DNA of 64,000 nt, taken from the NCBI GenBank assembly GCA_013265495.1, contig MU058009.1:1614001-1678000 (forward strand), written 5' to 3'. The notes beneath the pieces were generated by a model. It searched no databases, was not told the DNA's origin, and worked only from the letters and a program-made list of their open reading frames with translations. Both the position numbers and the translations under genes were made by a program. The DNA is from Vicugna vicugna. Its lineage: Eukaryota. Below are positions 12,001 to 24,987 of the stretch, piece by piece (position 1 is the first letter of the stretch; every line of letters begins with the position of its first letter).

Positions 12001-15000
12001 GAAGGACCTCTTTCCCCAAGGGAAGGGTTTGTGTGCTTACTGCTCAAACGCAGCCACCGCTGACAAGGGGCAGGTCAGCTCGGGACCTGCTGCTCGGCCC
12101 GCCCAGGGCACCCCTGGACTCCCTCTAAAGGGGTCCCAGGGAGGCGGGGAAGCCTGACCAGGAGACAGACGTCACCTCTACGGTTCCTGAAACCACAGTC
12201 TTGTCAGATCTGTTAATTACTCAGGGTTAGAGATCCTCTAAAAGAGCTTTTCCACAGGAAGGTCCCCTCCTGCCTTCCTTGGAGCTAGCACAAAGGGGCC
12301 GAAGGCCAGGCTTCACAGAGACGTGTGCCCGTGACTCCATGAAGGCCTCTGACTCTTCCTGATTTCAGCCTCTTTGGACGGTTCCTCTTTTTTTCGGGAA
12401 AGGCCGTCTTCTGCTCTGACAACTTGAGCCCTTCCCAGCTGGGTTACTTACACCCTTACTCCTCCTGGAGGCTCACAAACAAGGTCGCGGGGGCCAGGGA
12501 TGGTCCCGTAAGCCTGTGATGGACACCAAACTGACAACAAAGGAGGTGTGGGCACCCAGGGGTGGGCCCTGCAGGCCGCCATCTGGCTGCACGCCTGCAA
12601 GTGAGTCTCCACCCACAGCCTCAGCATTAACGAACACCCAGGAGTCGGTACCTTGGACCCAGTCCAACCTTCCAGCCTTCAGAATCCTAAGTGCAAAGCT
12701 GGATTCTCCCCAAGGCAAGAAATCCAGGGCTTCATTCAGACACCCAGCTCCCCAGTCCTGCCTATGACTCTCCGCCTCTACAACACTAAGTAGGTAGAAA
12801 GAAATCCAAATAATCTCACTTTCCACTTTTCCACTGAAATAGCTTAGGGTGTCTCATGCAGCACATCCCAGGTAATGTCACCCCACTGGGAGGGAATGAG
12901 AGGCAAGAACTTAAGTGTCTTATCATTTAAAAGCTTAAGCACAGAGCAGGCATCTACTGGATGTGGCTGAGGTCAATGTAACCAATGAATGGTTCAAAGA
13001 GATGCCCTGCATTCCTTCCCCACCCCGCCCTCCCTCCGCTGCCTTCAGAAGTGCATGGGCCAAGACATTCAGGGCTCAGACCACCTGTAGGCTGATCCAG
13101 TGAACTTGAGTTACCCGGTTAGCTGAGATACCACGTACAAGGCCACGACAAGCAAACACCTTCTACACCTTTTGCTCTAAGCAGGTGGTAGACACTGAGA
13201 CCCAGGTGAGTCATTTGGCCACATAACTATGAAAATCTAAGTGGGTGCATGGGCCACCGAACCTGGTCCAGGACCTCATTCAAACACTGCTCCCTTGACT
13301 TCCTCCCCACCCCTGCTCCCGTAACAGGCATCCCCTTCTCCTCCAAGGGCCCTGCCGAATCATCCCGGCATAATTCAAGAGAGCCACACGGGAGCCACAT
13401 GGCAGGAGTAGGGAGAAGGCGGAGAGACGCAGGTTCCCACCCTGAAGCGAGGCTGACATCAGAGAAGATGTGAAACGTCCCACCCGGGCTGTGTTTGGCA
13501 AACGCATGAGACGGCCTGCCTCTGGCCCTATCAGAGTCTTCAACGGTGCCTGCTAAGTGCACCAAAATGCACACGCGCTAAATGCATCCAGAAAACCAAC
13601 GGCATTGCCCTAACGTGGACCATCTGGAGTTTACAGTATCAGGCTTTACATGGTCAACAACTCATGAAATAAAGGCCCCACTCAGCTCAGTAAATCCAAA
13701 TGTACGTCCCTAATGAGGAGTCAGAAATCCTGCTGCTTTAAGGGATTTAGGGAATAATTTCAGAGCCCCAGCTCAGGCTTCCTGAGCTGCTAGGGAGGCA
13801 CTTTGGGCCCCGAGAGACAGCTTCAAGGGACTAGGGTCCTGTCCCCGAATCACCAGGCTCCTGCTAACTCTGTCATCCGAGGCTGCTTCCGGCTCTGCTT
13901 AGACCTACCTGAGCTCTAATTTTGGTCCCCCTATCTCTTCAGCTTTGGCCTTCTCCTTGGCCGCGGCGGGAACCATCACCCCGCGGGCATCCTACTTGCG
14001 TGTTCACGCTTTTCCTGGCTTCTGCTCCTCTGTGCTGCCCTCACTGTGGTTATCTGGTGCATACGGCTTATCCAGGGCCAAAACAGGGGAAAAGGAATTC
14101 GCAGAATTTGCTATAAAGCTTTAACAACTCCTCGGAGGGATGTTCTCCTTCCTGGCAACTCAACGTAATTATAAGATGAATGAAAGTACGCTGCCGTGGA
14201 GGGGAGGGGTGGCCGAGCGCTTATTTCTAGACCTCTTGGCTCCCCGTCCAGCATTTTGTGTCCTCTGCACCACTGCTGTTTACTTACAGCAGCGGACTGG
14301 GAGGGAGACAGTCTCCCTTCTATCTTTGCTGCTATCAAGCCCTGCTCATCACTGTGGACAAACTCTACTTCTCCCCAAGTTTGGAAGAACCACAGAGAAC
14401 AACCCATCCGAAGATCTAATAAACATGACTTGGGCTGTGACGGGTCCGTGACGGCGTCTGCTCCCACTCCAGACTATACGTTTTCCATCACAATGGTCAG
14501 GCTCTTGCGTAGCGGACTTCCCTTCCATCCAGCAGAGATCCCAGTTGACCACCAGGGATTACAAAGCAAGAATCTCCAATACTCAACTTCAATGGCACAA
14601 ACCATGACGTGTAACAGTTCTCGGATCTGAGGGTGCTGTTCACACGGAGTGAGGGCAGCAGTTAATTTCAGATCCAGTGGCCTTTATCTCAAAGGCACAG
14701 AAAGGAGAACAGATCACCCTGGTGTCACTCACAGGGTCTATGACACAACCATTCCAGTCCTGCTGGGAGTCGGTAAGGGAGACATGGAGACATGGGGACC
14801 GCATTGAGGGGATACAACCAAGCCCACCGACAAAGGCAGAACACAAAATCAGGCGCCTGGGCCTGCAAGCTGAACCTGATGCCTCGAACTAATGAAGCCG
14901 GGGTCTGACTCAGAAAGGCCACGTCCTGTTCTGTCCACGCAGCGCCAGTCCTAACTGCAGAGGCACCGAGTGCAGAGCCCAGGGATGTGCTGGGAGCTCT

Positions 15001-15569
15001 GGCAGCCTCCACAGGGTTTTTGCACTCCTTTCAGCCTATCAGCCAGCCCGGGGCCCTCTGACAGCCCCAGCGTCTCACCCATACTGGCCCAGAGCAGACA
15101 GCATCGGATGCCTCCCCCAGGGGCAAACCCAAGCAGCTGAGAGTCGCCAAGCTGACCGGATCGCCAGACCAATGGGCAAGACAGGCCAATGGGTGGAGAG
15201 CAGAGAAAAGGGGATCAATGCAGAAGCCACTCTCCATCTGCCCGGCCGGGTGGGAAAGGGAGCGCCAGGCTGTACAGCCCTCATCCGCTGCTGGTAAGTG
15301 GCTCTCCCTCCTCAGGAAGCCACCAGGAAATTGCAGCCACCACAGCCCCAAGCTCCCGGACGAACATCCCTGCAGCTAGTGAAAGCGCTCATTATCTTCG
15401 CCCAGACGGACACGGAGCTGACCGAGTGAGCCGCCAGCGAACCGGGCACGCGGGTGTGTGCTTGGAGCATCGGGGAGCACGGCGGGGCTCTCCTCGGGGT
15501 CCACGTCTCCACATCCCCTGCTGGACAACCTGAGAGGCATGCCTTGATCCGAAAAGGGCCGCTGGCTGC

Positions 15570-15738
15570 TGATGGGTTTGGGGCTGCTTTTGTGGGCGAT
15601 GAGAAGGTACTGCAGTGAGGTATCAGTGAGAGCTGCACAACTCTGTGAAAGTACTAAAACCTACCGAACTGCACACTTTAAAATGGGCCACATTAGGTGA
15701 ATGGTATCTCAATTTAAAAAAACAATTAAAAAAAAAAA
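15570..15738 (+). mobile_element. L1MB-type 3'UTR end with polyA
   Basis: gctgcacaactctgtgaaagtactaaaacctaccgaactgcacacttaaaatgg...tatctcaat followed by an A tail. Confidence 0.75.
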
Positions 15739-18700
15739 AGAGCTAAGGAACCACCTGCTATGGGCCGAGCAGTGGGAATAACTAGAGGACTGGGAGACGT
15801 GGCTCCCTCGCTTGGAGTTTCCCTTCTAATGGGGCAAACACAGCCCGTATAAGCGCACAGAAGGCGGCTCCATGCTCACAACTCATGCTGAGCGCTATGA
15901 TGATGATGACTCAGATGAAAGGTTTTGCAATGGAGGCTGAGTGAGGTGGCTGGGTTCCAGAAGCACTGGGGCAGGAGGTGGGAAAGAGCCTGCGGGTGTC
16001 GGACTGCAGGGGGCAAGGGAGCAGAGGGGGCCCAGGCGTCAAGGACAGCTCCAATGACAGGTGGAAGGCGTTTGCGAGAGGGAAGAGACATCGATGTGAC
16101 CTCAGCCACAGGGAAGCCTCATGAGATGCAGGTAGGCCCCGCTCCCCGGGAGACCGTGGGAGAGGCTGGCCAAGGTCATTTCCAGAGGTGGACACCTGGT
16201 GTCTGCAACTTCTGGGGCCATTTACACGAGGATTGAGAGGGAGGGCCACAGACTCCAGGAGACAAGCAGAGGACCTCAAGTTCCCCTAAACCAAACCGGT
16301 CCCCAGAAGAGGCCGCCCCCACACTCCCTTCAAGTGGCATTAGCATCTATATATTTCTATGTCTAAGGCTTGCAGGAGAAAGACGTCTCCATCAGACCGG
16401 GCTCTTTCTGGAGGCTTCTCCCCCAGCCCCTGGAGGGAGAAAAGGAGGGGCAGACAGAAAAGGGCTTCGGGCAAAAAACACCAGACCAAGCTCCCTGGCC
16501 ACGAACCCAGAAAGGTGCAGTCACCACACCATGACCAAAGGGGATCTTTTGGAAAATTCTTTTCCAAGAGGGATCATGAGTTTGGGCCCCTGGAATGCCC
16601 CAGAGCAGTTCTGATTGGTTCCCCAGCCCTGACTCAGACTGAGCGCCGGCTCCACCCTCAGATGAGTAAATAAACTGACCCCAGGACCAGAGCGGGGGCA
16701 GGGGCAGGCGGGAGCAGGACCGGAACCCAGAGAAGTTGACTCCGTGCAGGGAACAGACAGATGAGATGCTGAGTCCATTCCAGAGATGAGTGGTGCGGCA
16801 GAATTCTAGAAATAATTTTCTGAGCCTTACACACTTCTCCAGTTGGGACACAGCCCTGCCCTGGCAGCCTGCTCGTTGCTGCCTTATGATATACTGAATT
16901 AGTCACTGGATTAGCAAGCGCATTTACACACAGCTGTTTAAAGACACAGGATCTCCTTTTCCAGGTGCCAGACTCTGGCTGTAAACCAACCACTGCAGTT
17001 GGCAAGGGGCAGACTGCAGAGCTCACGGTGCCCGAAGGCATCTTCAGTTGCAAAGTGCTTTAGCGGAAGTCAGCTAGAACTGGGAGGGTCTCCTGGGCAT
17101 TTGCTTGGGGACCGAAGGGACAGGGGGTGTGGAGGAGAAAGCAAGGCCAGTGGGCTTTTTCAGCCCTCAGGCTTGTCCTCAGGAAGCTGCCGAGTGGATC
17201 CACGGGGAGGGGACCGTCGGGAGGACGCGGCCCCGCCCCGGGCTGGCTGCACGGACGGGTGGTAGTGGCTTCCTCCTACATCTCAGGTGCCTAGGTCACT
17301 CCCCGAGAAGAAAGGACTCAGGCAAAGAGCAGAGTATTTCAGCAATTAAAGTCATTCTATCTCCTGATAAGGATCATGCCAAGAGCCAGCCCTGCTGACC
17401 TGAAGATGATGCTGCAGTCAGAACTGGGGCCCGAGGCCTAACTCCAGCTTGCTAAGCATGTGTGAGAGGAAGAAAACACTGCCGCTGGCCACAGGGACAG
17501 CTCTGGCCCACTTGGTTATGGGGGTGCTGAGTGGAAAATTTTCTGTAACCAGGTTAACAGTAACCACAGTCCTAACAACCACCGAAGTAGCAACAGCACC
17601 GTCAGCAAAGAGCATTGGTACAGAAACAGCGGCCCACAAGACGTAAGGCTAACACCCCATCTGTGAGAGCCTGCGTCACTGAGAAAGCATCTCACAGGAT
17701 TTACCACGAAGCCTTCCCATGGCCCTGAAGGCTCTTTCTGATGACCCCTATTATAAGGATGGGACAGGGAAGGCTTAGGGAAGTTGAATCCTCTGCCTAA
17801 AGACAAACTAGCAAGCAGAAAATTCAGAGGCAGGGGTGGGTGGCTCACCTCTAAACCCTGTCTTTGCAAGACACACGGCTGGCATCACAGCCAACGTAAG
17901 GAACGAGGGGCTGTGGGATTTGGGGACAAAGAGGACTTTCTTGGAGTGACTCAAATGTAGATCCCATCCCTGTGACCATGAAGTCTCAGCCACCAAATGG
18001 GAAGAGAATTTACCTGTATCTTAAGGCCATGCTAAGAAACCTGTGGCAGAAACAGACCACCTGACGAATATAAGGACCAAACACCAATTACAATAAAGGC
18101 GTCCAGCACCTAGGCTCCATGCCCACAGGAATTTGGAGCAGATTCTCAAATAGATTCGTGGCTGGTTTGTGTGGGAGCAGCCTCCTGAGTGTCTCGCACC
18201 GGCTTTGGGAAATTCAAATACTAATTCCTTGGCACTGATTTGCCCACGAAAACCCAGAGAAGGTTCTCTTCCTACAAAGAAGGCAGCTGGGACCTCTGAG
18301 ACCAGACTCGCCCTTGGTCCCCGCGCGCTGTCCGCAGCAGGCCTGTGGCAGTTCAAGCTGACCAGAACCTGTGAATCCAGCAGCAAGTTCCCAGGGCCCT
18401 AAAAAAACAAAGTCACTGTTTTGTCATCAGCACCCAAAACGCGCTGGAGACCCTGCAGCCAGTCTGGGAGTTCATGTTGCTCCCATCAGCCCATCCATCA
18501 CAGGTGAGGGCATTAAAGCCACAAGGCTCCCCAAAGAGAGGCCTTCAGAAAGCCAGAAATAAAGAGATACTTTATTTAAAAAAAAAAATCTCCAGCTGAA
18601 TCAGAGGTTAACTCCAGGTCCATCATGTAGACATTGATTCATTCCATGTGTGTGTTTATTTTGCTACAAACACTCCTGTTGCATCAAGAGGCCTCCAGGC

Positions 18701-19214
18701 CAAGCCGTGTGCCTCGGAACAGCCCCTCCCTGGAAGATCTCCAAGCACAAGTGGAGCCTTTACTTCATTCCTCAATTGCCCAATCTGGAAAATGGGGGCC
18801 AAAGCACCAATCCTCTGTGCAAGATTAATAAACTTAGGTACCCTTTTTCATTTGTCCACTCTGAATTTGAAAATGCACAGTGGAAATTATGTGAGCGGCT
18901 TTTTCAGCTTTCTCTCTGTGTGCCCATCCCAGTGGTCTACACTTAGAGACACACTGGACATTTTCTTCCTCAGCCTGGTAATGATGGGGACCTGAAAGAG
19001 CATGCTGCACAGGAGGGTGCGCCCAGAACCAAAGCCTCTGACGGGGACATAAGCAAACTTTCTCTCCAAACTGACTCTAAGTTGGTGGTCTTTGTGATTA
19101 GAAAGATCTAAGTTTAAACTGATGACTTGAAAGTTCTAGGGGCTTGGGAAGACTATTTGAAACTCTGTGAGACTCAGTTTCTTCTCGTCATAATGGGGAT
19201 TAAAACACCAATCT

Positions 19215-19422
19215 TGGTACAAACCATTCTGTATGAAATAAGCTACAAGGAGATGCTGTGCCACACAGGGGTTACCATCAGTGTTCTATATTCACTATAC
19301 ATGGAGAATAACTTTTAAAACCTGTGAGTCACCATGGTGTACACCTGTCAGACTTACATACTATGGAATATCAACTATACTTCAATGAAAAAAAAATTTT
19401 TAATAAAAATTAAAAAAAAAAA
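19215..19422 (+). mobile_element. L1 3'UTR fragment inserted into a MIR
   Basis: ggtacaaacc...aataagctacaagga...tgtacacctg...atcaactatacttcaat followed by an A tail. MIR halves lie on either side (19140-19210 and 19423-19520). Confidence 0.75.
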
Positions 19423-21554
19423 CCACCCGCATCGTAGGGTTGTTTAAAGAAGGTGGTCATTTGTGTGAAGCACTGTGCAAAGTGCCCCGCACACAGCAGG
19501 CACTCTAGAGTGACTAGTTTCACTTCTCTCATGCCTCCAAACTGAAGCACTGAGATGTCCAGGGATGAAAAACCAGCCCCCAGCAGTTACAAGAACATTT
19601 GGTGTCCATGAGGAGGCAAGGAGGGTGTGAGATTGAACTCTTGATCTTCTGTGAAATCAAGGATGCGCTTCCTGCGCACACGCACGTGACTCACCCGCAG
19701 AGCACAGCCGCTCTGTATCACAGCTCCCACTGACTGAATAGCACCACCTTGCAGCGCGGGCGCCTCCAGAGTACTCGGTAAACGTGAGCTCGTTAACGCT
19801 TCCACCGTCTTCCAGAGGAGGCAGCTCACTCACGAGGAACAGCCTGCCTCCAGAAGAATCCAGAGATGTGGCTAAAAGCTGGCAGCTCACCCTCAAAACA
19901 GCCGCAGGCATGGTGATTCTCACACCAGGCGATAAAAGGTAAAAGGATGGCCACCTCTCTAGGTGAACCCGTCCAGCTGTCTGCATAGAAAGTGCTCAGA
20001 GCAGGCAAAGGGGGAACCAAAGACTCCACAGGCCTGACAGAAAAGCCTCACCAAGCCACAGCCTGAACCCTAGTTTGAGGAGGAGACACACACTTTGCAG
20101 CCACACTAAGATTTCCTTTACAAGCCTACGTTTTCCTAACAAAATTTAAATTAGTGCCCAGATCTAAAAAGGCTAAATTTAAAACTACCATCTCCAATTT
20201 TTGCTGCCATCAGGGGTACGTCCCTGTACGCCCATTCCCATCGCCTCTTCCCCCAAAATCCAGAGGCCCCAGAGGGCACGGCTGGCTTTTTAGGCCTGAA
20301 GTCACCCCCAAGGAAGCAGCGACATGCCAAGGGAGTACGTCTGCCTGTAACAAGCTGTCCTTTGGCCCCGGAACGTTCTGGCTTCCAGAAGGACCGAAGC
20401 AGGGAGGGGGAGGAGACTTATTTTATTTGGGAGGGAACAACACATCGAGTTGGGGAATAATCTAGTTCATCTTTGCTAAACCCAGAGTGTGTAAACCCAG
20501 GGCCCCAGAGAAAGCCCCGCCCCTAACGGAAACCAACAGGGGCAACAAATCACTCGTCTGAAATGTAATCCTCGTTCGCCTTTTGGGCACCACTCTTTCC
20601 CATAACACACAGTTATGAGGTGCAGAGTTTTCTGGGGGTTAGTTTGGTTTTTATTCTGAAGTGCTCTGCCAGCTCCCTGAAGTTCCCGCTCATCATTAAA
20701 ATGGGCCTCGTTTGCTAAAAAGGGTAAACTGAGGCTCAGCAGACCACAGCAACATGCATATATTTCAACCAAGGAAAACAGAGGTTGGACAGGAATTCTT
20801 TTCAAAACTCTTTAGACGAAAAAAAAAATTGTTTCTCAAAAGTCCAAGATGAACCTACCCTCAAGAGAAATTGCATATTTATCTAGTAGCCTGTGGGGTC
20901 AACTTAGCTTTTTTTTTTTTTTTAAACTTCTTGAGAAGGGACTAGCCTGACATCCTACTTAAGGTTTGGCCAGTGGTTTGGCATCATGGAAAGTTGTGCA
21001 AACTTTCCAGGTACTATATCACAATGATCTGCACAACACACTCAAAGCTGCATAATTAGCCAACTGTGTACACAGGCCCCACTAACTACATAAAACACGC
21101 AGGGAGATCTAACGTCGGCAAAGGAGCCGAGGGTGCCTCGTTAACACCTCCACCTCGAGCGAAGGTTTAGTAGTGGCAGTGATAGTAGTAATGCGAGGGC
21201 CCCACGTACTCATCACGTCAAAGAAATAAATATTTTAAATGTGTGTCACTGAACAGAAATGTCAGGCGATTTGGAGAATTCCAGCTCCGTGCGCTAACTC
21301 TGCCACTTATCTACCAGGTAACCTTGGGAAAGAAACTCGGAGTCACAACTGGGCCTCGACTTCCCCGCGTGTAGCACATCCATAGTGCAGAGGACGACCA
21401 GGAGCTTCGGATGTGGCCACGTCACCTGTCAGACTGCAAATGCTACCAATGATAACCAAGCAATAAATGAACTGGTAAATAATCTGCACAAACAGGCCTT
21501 AATATTTCCCCAAGTTCAACAAACAGCCGAATATTTCTGAGAAGGGTGAAGGCA

Positions 21555-21730
21555 GCAGACAGGGCACTCTGGAGTCAGCCACGGCTGGCCTTGAATCTAA
21601 ACTCCACTCACCTGCTACGTGGCCTCGGGCACACTGTTTAACCTCTGTTTCTTCATCAGAGAGATGGGAACAATACTTAGGGATTAGGGTAAAATAATGA
21701 GGTTCTCAGTGCGTTAATAAGGCACCACGT
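21555..21730 (+). mobile_element. MIR
   Basis: ctctggagtcag...ttgaatct...ctccactcacc...cctcgggcac...tttaacctctgtttcttcatc...ggattagg core. Confidence 0.7.
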
Positions 21731-24700
21731 TCATAAGCTGGTGCCCAATAACTTACAGGAAAGAAGAAACAAAACAAAAAGTAAAGATGAGATGAGAGAT
21801 GTCGACACAGTTTCAAGCGGATCAACTCTACCCTGTTCTCCGGGGCAGCTTTCCTTATCTTTCCCCGAAACTGGCACGCTGATCGCAGGTCCCTGCTGTG
21901 CTGGATCTGTCTCAAAACGCAGGTAGCGCGCCAAGAACCCGATCTTCAGATAAGAAGGTGTGCAGGCCGCGCACCCCTACGGCTCTGAGCGTGGCCTCTG
22001 AAAGGCAAGCGGCCTGCGCCCACCACACCCGGCGCACACTCGCAGCCTTCTGGACTCCGGGGAATCCAGAGCAGGTGGGGTCTTGTGTGCCCCCGGGGCC
22101 GCCAGGGCCCGTGGACCCGAGGGCCCAGCCACCGCTGGCCAGGCCCTGCCCTCCCTGCAAACAGGAGGCGGCGGGGGAGGGGGGCTCCACTCACGGGCTG
22201 GGGCAGGAAGAGGCTCCGGGGGGCTTTGAGCAAAAGGCATTTGCGCTGCAGGAGGCGAAGTGGGTGCCCGGGGCAGCGCACGGGGAAGGGCTGGCGGAAG
22301 GAAGCAGCTGGGGCTCAGACCACACGGCCGGCCCTGAGGATGCGATGCGGCTGGGACCCACCGCCTGACCTCCTGGACCCCCGGCCCACACGGCCTGCCC
22401 CGCCGCCCACCCCGCACTGGAGCTGCTTCCCGCTGCAAGTTAGCGGAGGCGGCTGGAAGAACGAAGCTGGCTCACGGAGGGAGACCCAGAGGGAGGTATG
22501 ACCCCTGGTCCAGTGTTACCCCCAGGGCGATGTGGCTCTCCCACTGTCAGCAGGGCCTGTCACAGTGCCTAACGCCCCTCTCCGTGAAAATTAACCTTCA
22601 CAAATCGACACAAAATCCTCCCAGCGACAGAACTGTGAGCAATAGCAGGTGGAGGCCAGAAGAACATCTCCACTCCGTCTGCCTCTTCAATGCCATGCGG
22701 CGCTCTCTCCAGGCCTTCGTGTTTTGCACCGTTACCTAGAGTCACACAAGATCAGTGATGAGGGAAGACTTACAAGCCATCTTCTCCAGTTAATTTATTT
22801 GACTCATGAAGATCATGAGGTCCAGAAAAATGACTTGTTCAAGGCCACACAGACGAACTGAATCCGGGCCTCCTGAGCCTCCGGGTGGTGACAGGTCCCC
22901 CAGACGGGACACTCGACTTACTTTGTGCACAGAACGGTTTCCCAGTGTGCTACCGAGTCTCCCCTTACCGTCCGCGAGCCCTCGCCGGCCCCCCAAGCAC
23001 TGAATCGCCACTTCAGTGACATGAGACAACCCACGCATGGCACACAGGATGAGCTCGGGCCCTCGGCAGGGAATAGCCGGCAGACAGGAAAAGGAATAAA
23101 TCACCACTGCACGGGGAGGCTCTTCCCCTGAAAACGCCCTGTGGTGCGTCTTCTGAGGGGTGTTTTAAAACCAGACTCAAGAACACACTCCCATGAGCGA
23201 TAAGTCATGACAGCAACTATCCTGGCACAAAACTGTAACTGCACAAAAAAATGTCCCTAATTGAGAGCGGCTATAGGGCCCAGCACATAGGAGAGGTCCC
23301 TGAAGACACACTCCAAAAACCAGGTATCTACGAGCACGCACCAGCGTTAGGAGCTCCCCGGCCTGACCTAGATTCTTTATTTTCCATTTGTACCTTAAAA
23401 ATATGTACCTGATTGATTTTGTCATCTTCTCTGAGGTTTAACGCTTATTCTGATGAACTGATACAGAGGTTTTAACAACTAACAGTATGAGTGGGAGGTA
23501 AAGTGATGCAACCAAAAAAAAAAAAATCACCTCTCTCAGAAGCCTTTTCAATAACACAGCTCTGTCCTTAAAATCTCCCTACTTTCAAAGGCAAAATTCA
23601 TCCTGAGATTCAAAATGCTCTCACACAGATCCTGGCTTCACAGTCCCTCTCTCTCTTCCTTTTCCACAATCAAGGTAGTTTTCTTCATATTTATGTAAGC
23701 CTTTCTTTCACGCCACACTTTCAGCATCCTTCTCAGGCTGTCCTCTCTATCTCAAATAATCCTCCCTTGTTTTTATGCCTCCTTCAAATGCTTCTGAAAT
23801 GCCCACAGTCTCCCTGAAGCCGCCCCATGAAATTATTCTAGCCTGGGACCGTTGGAAGAAAGGGACCAACCGGCACAGAACATAAAAATAATCACTGACC
23901 CACGCATACCTCTATGGGTTCAGATGACGGGCCTCCATACTCTCAGCCACAAAAGCACCTGGAGCCCAGGGAACACTTCATCCGGGTTGCGCGGGTCCAC
24001 TGTACAGCCCCGCAGGGTGTAAAGTGCTCAGAAGTGCTCACAGAGACAAAGAGGGGAAACGGCAGACCCAAGAGCACCCGCCTGGCCACCGCGGACCAAA
24101 ACGCCTACCCGAGGGCAACACCTGGTCCGTATGAGGATTTTGCTAAAAGTCTGTGAAAAGGCACTTCAATTCTTTGATTGCTTTTTTCACCATTTCCTTT
24201 CATTCTTTCATTAATTCTTTCGTACTTTCTTCCACTTTTCCTGTCATTTCTCTTCTTTTTTAGCCCAAACAGGTGTTGCAGTGGAAGCCACCATTCCCCT
24301 CCTCCTCACCTGGAGAACTGAGGGCTTGCTTTTTGACTTAATGATACCAAAAAAAATTATTTCTGCCCCTGTTGATTCTCACAGAAACCCTCTCATCTTG
24401 GATAAACATCAAAACACAGCAAAAAAAAAAAATTTTAAATTGTCTTCACTTGTGTAATGATGCCATTTCCCCTGACTCAAAAGTTCCTTTTCTCACACAC
24501 ACACAGACACACGCACACTCACACACACACCCTACATGCATAGTTTACAGTTTCTCCGCAGAACCTTGCAAAGCAAAAATCAACAGCTTAGCAGAGCTAC
24601 CCAGAGCTACCAAGAGGTTTCAAATGCTTGCAGTGAACTCACTTGAGGTTGATTTTTAGTTGTTTCTCAGGCACTGAGAAATACTACATTATGTGTCAAA

Positions 24701-24874
24701 AACACATTTAAAAATATAACATATGGTTGGGGGAAACCACACTGAACTTGAATTTCTTCTAACTCTTTATCTGGTCCTTTGAGCTTACTTTGGATGGCCG
24801 GAACCCTAAGATTAGCAATTGAGTAGACAACATAAAGATTATTTAATTCATTAGCTACACAGTGGGCACTTCAC

Positions 24875-24987
24875 CTCTGGAGAGAGTCCTAGTTTAGGTC
24901 TATTCGTCATTCTGGTGTAATTATTAAAGCACCCATCGCACCCTCAAAAGGGTCCCAGTTTGGATGGTAAATTCTATGCTCTCCCTA
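24875..24987. mobile_element. MER81-like hAT (Blackjack) MITE
   Basis: gtcctagtttagg...gtaattattaa...ctcaaaagggtcccagtttggatggtaaattctatgctctcccta resembles the MER81 consensus as I recall it. Confidence 0.65.
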
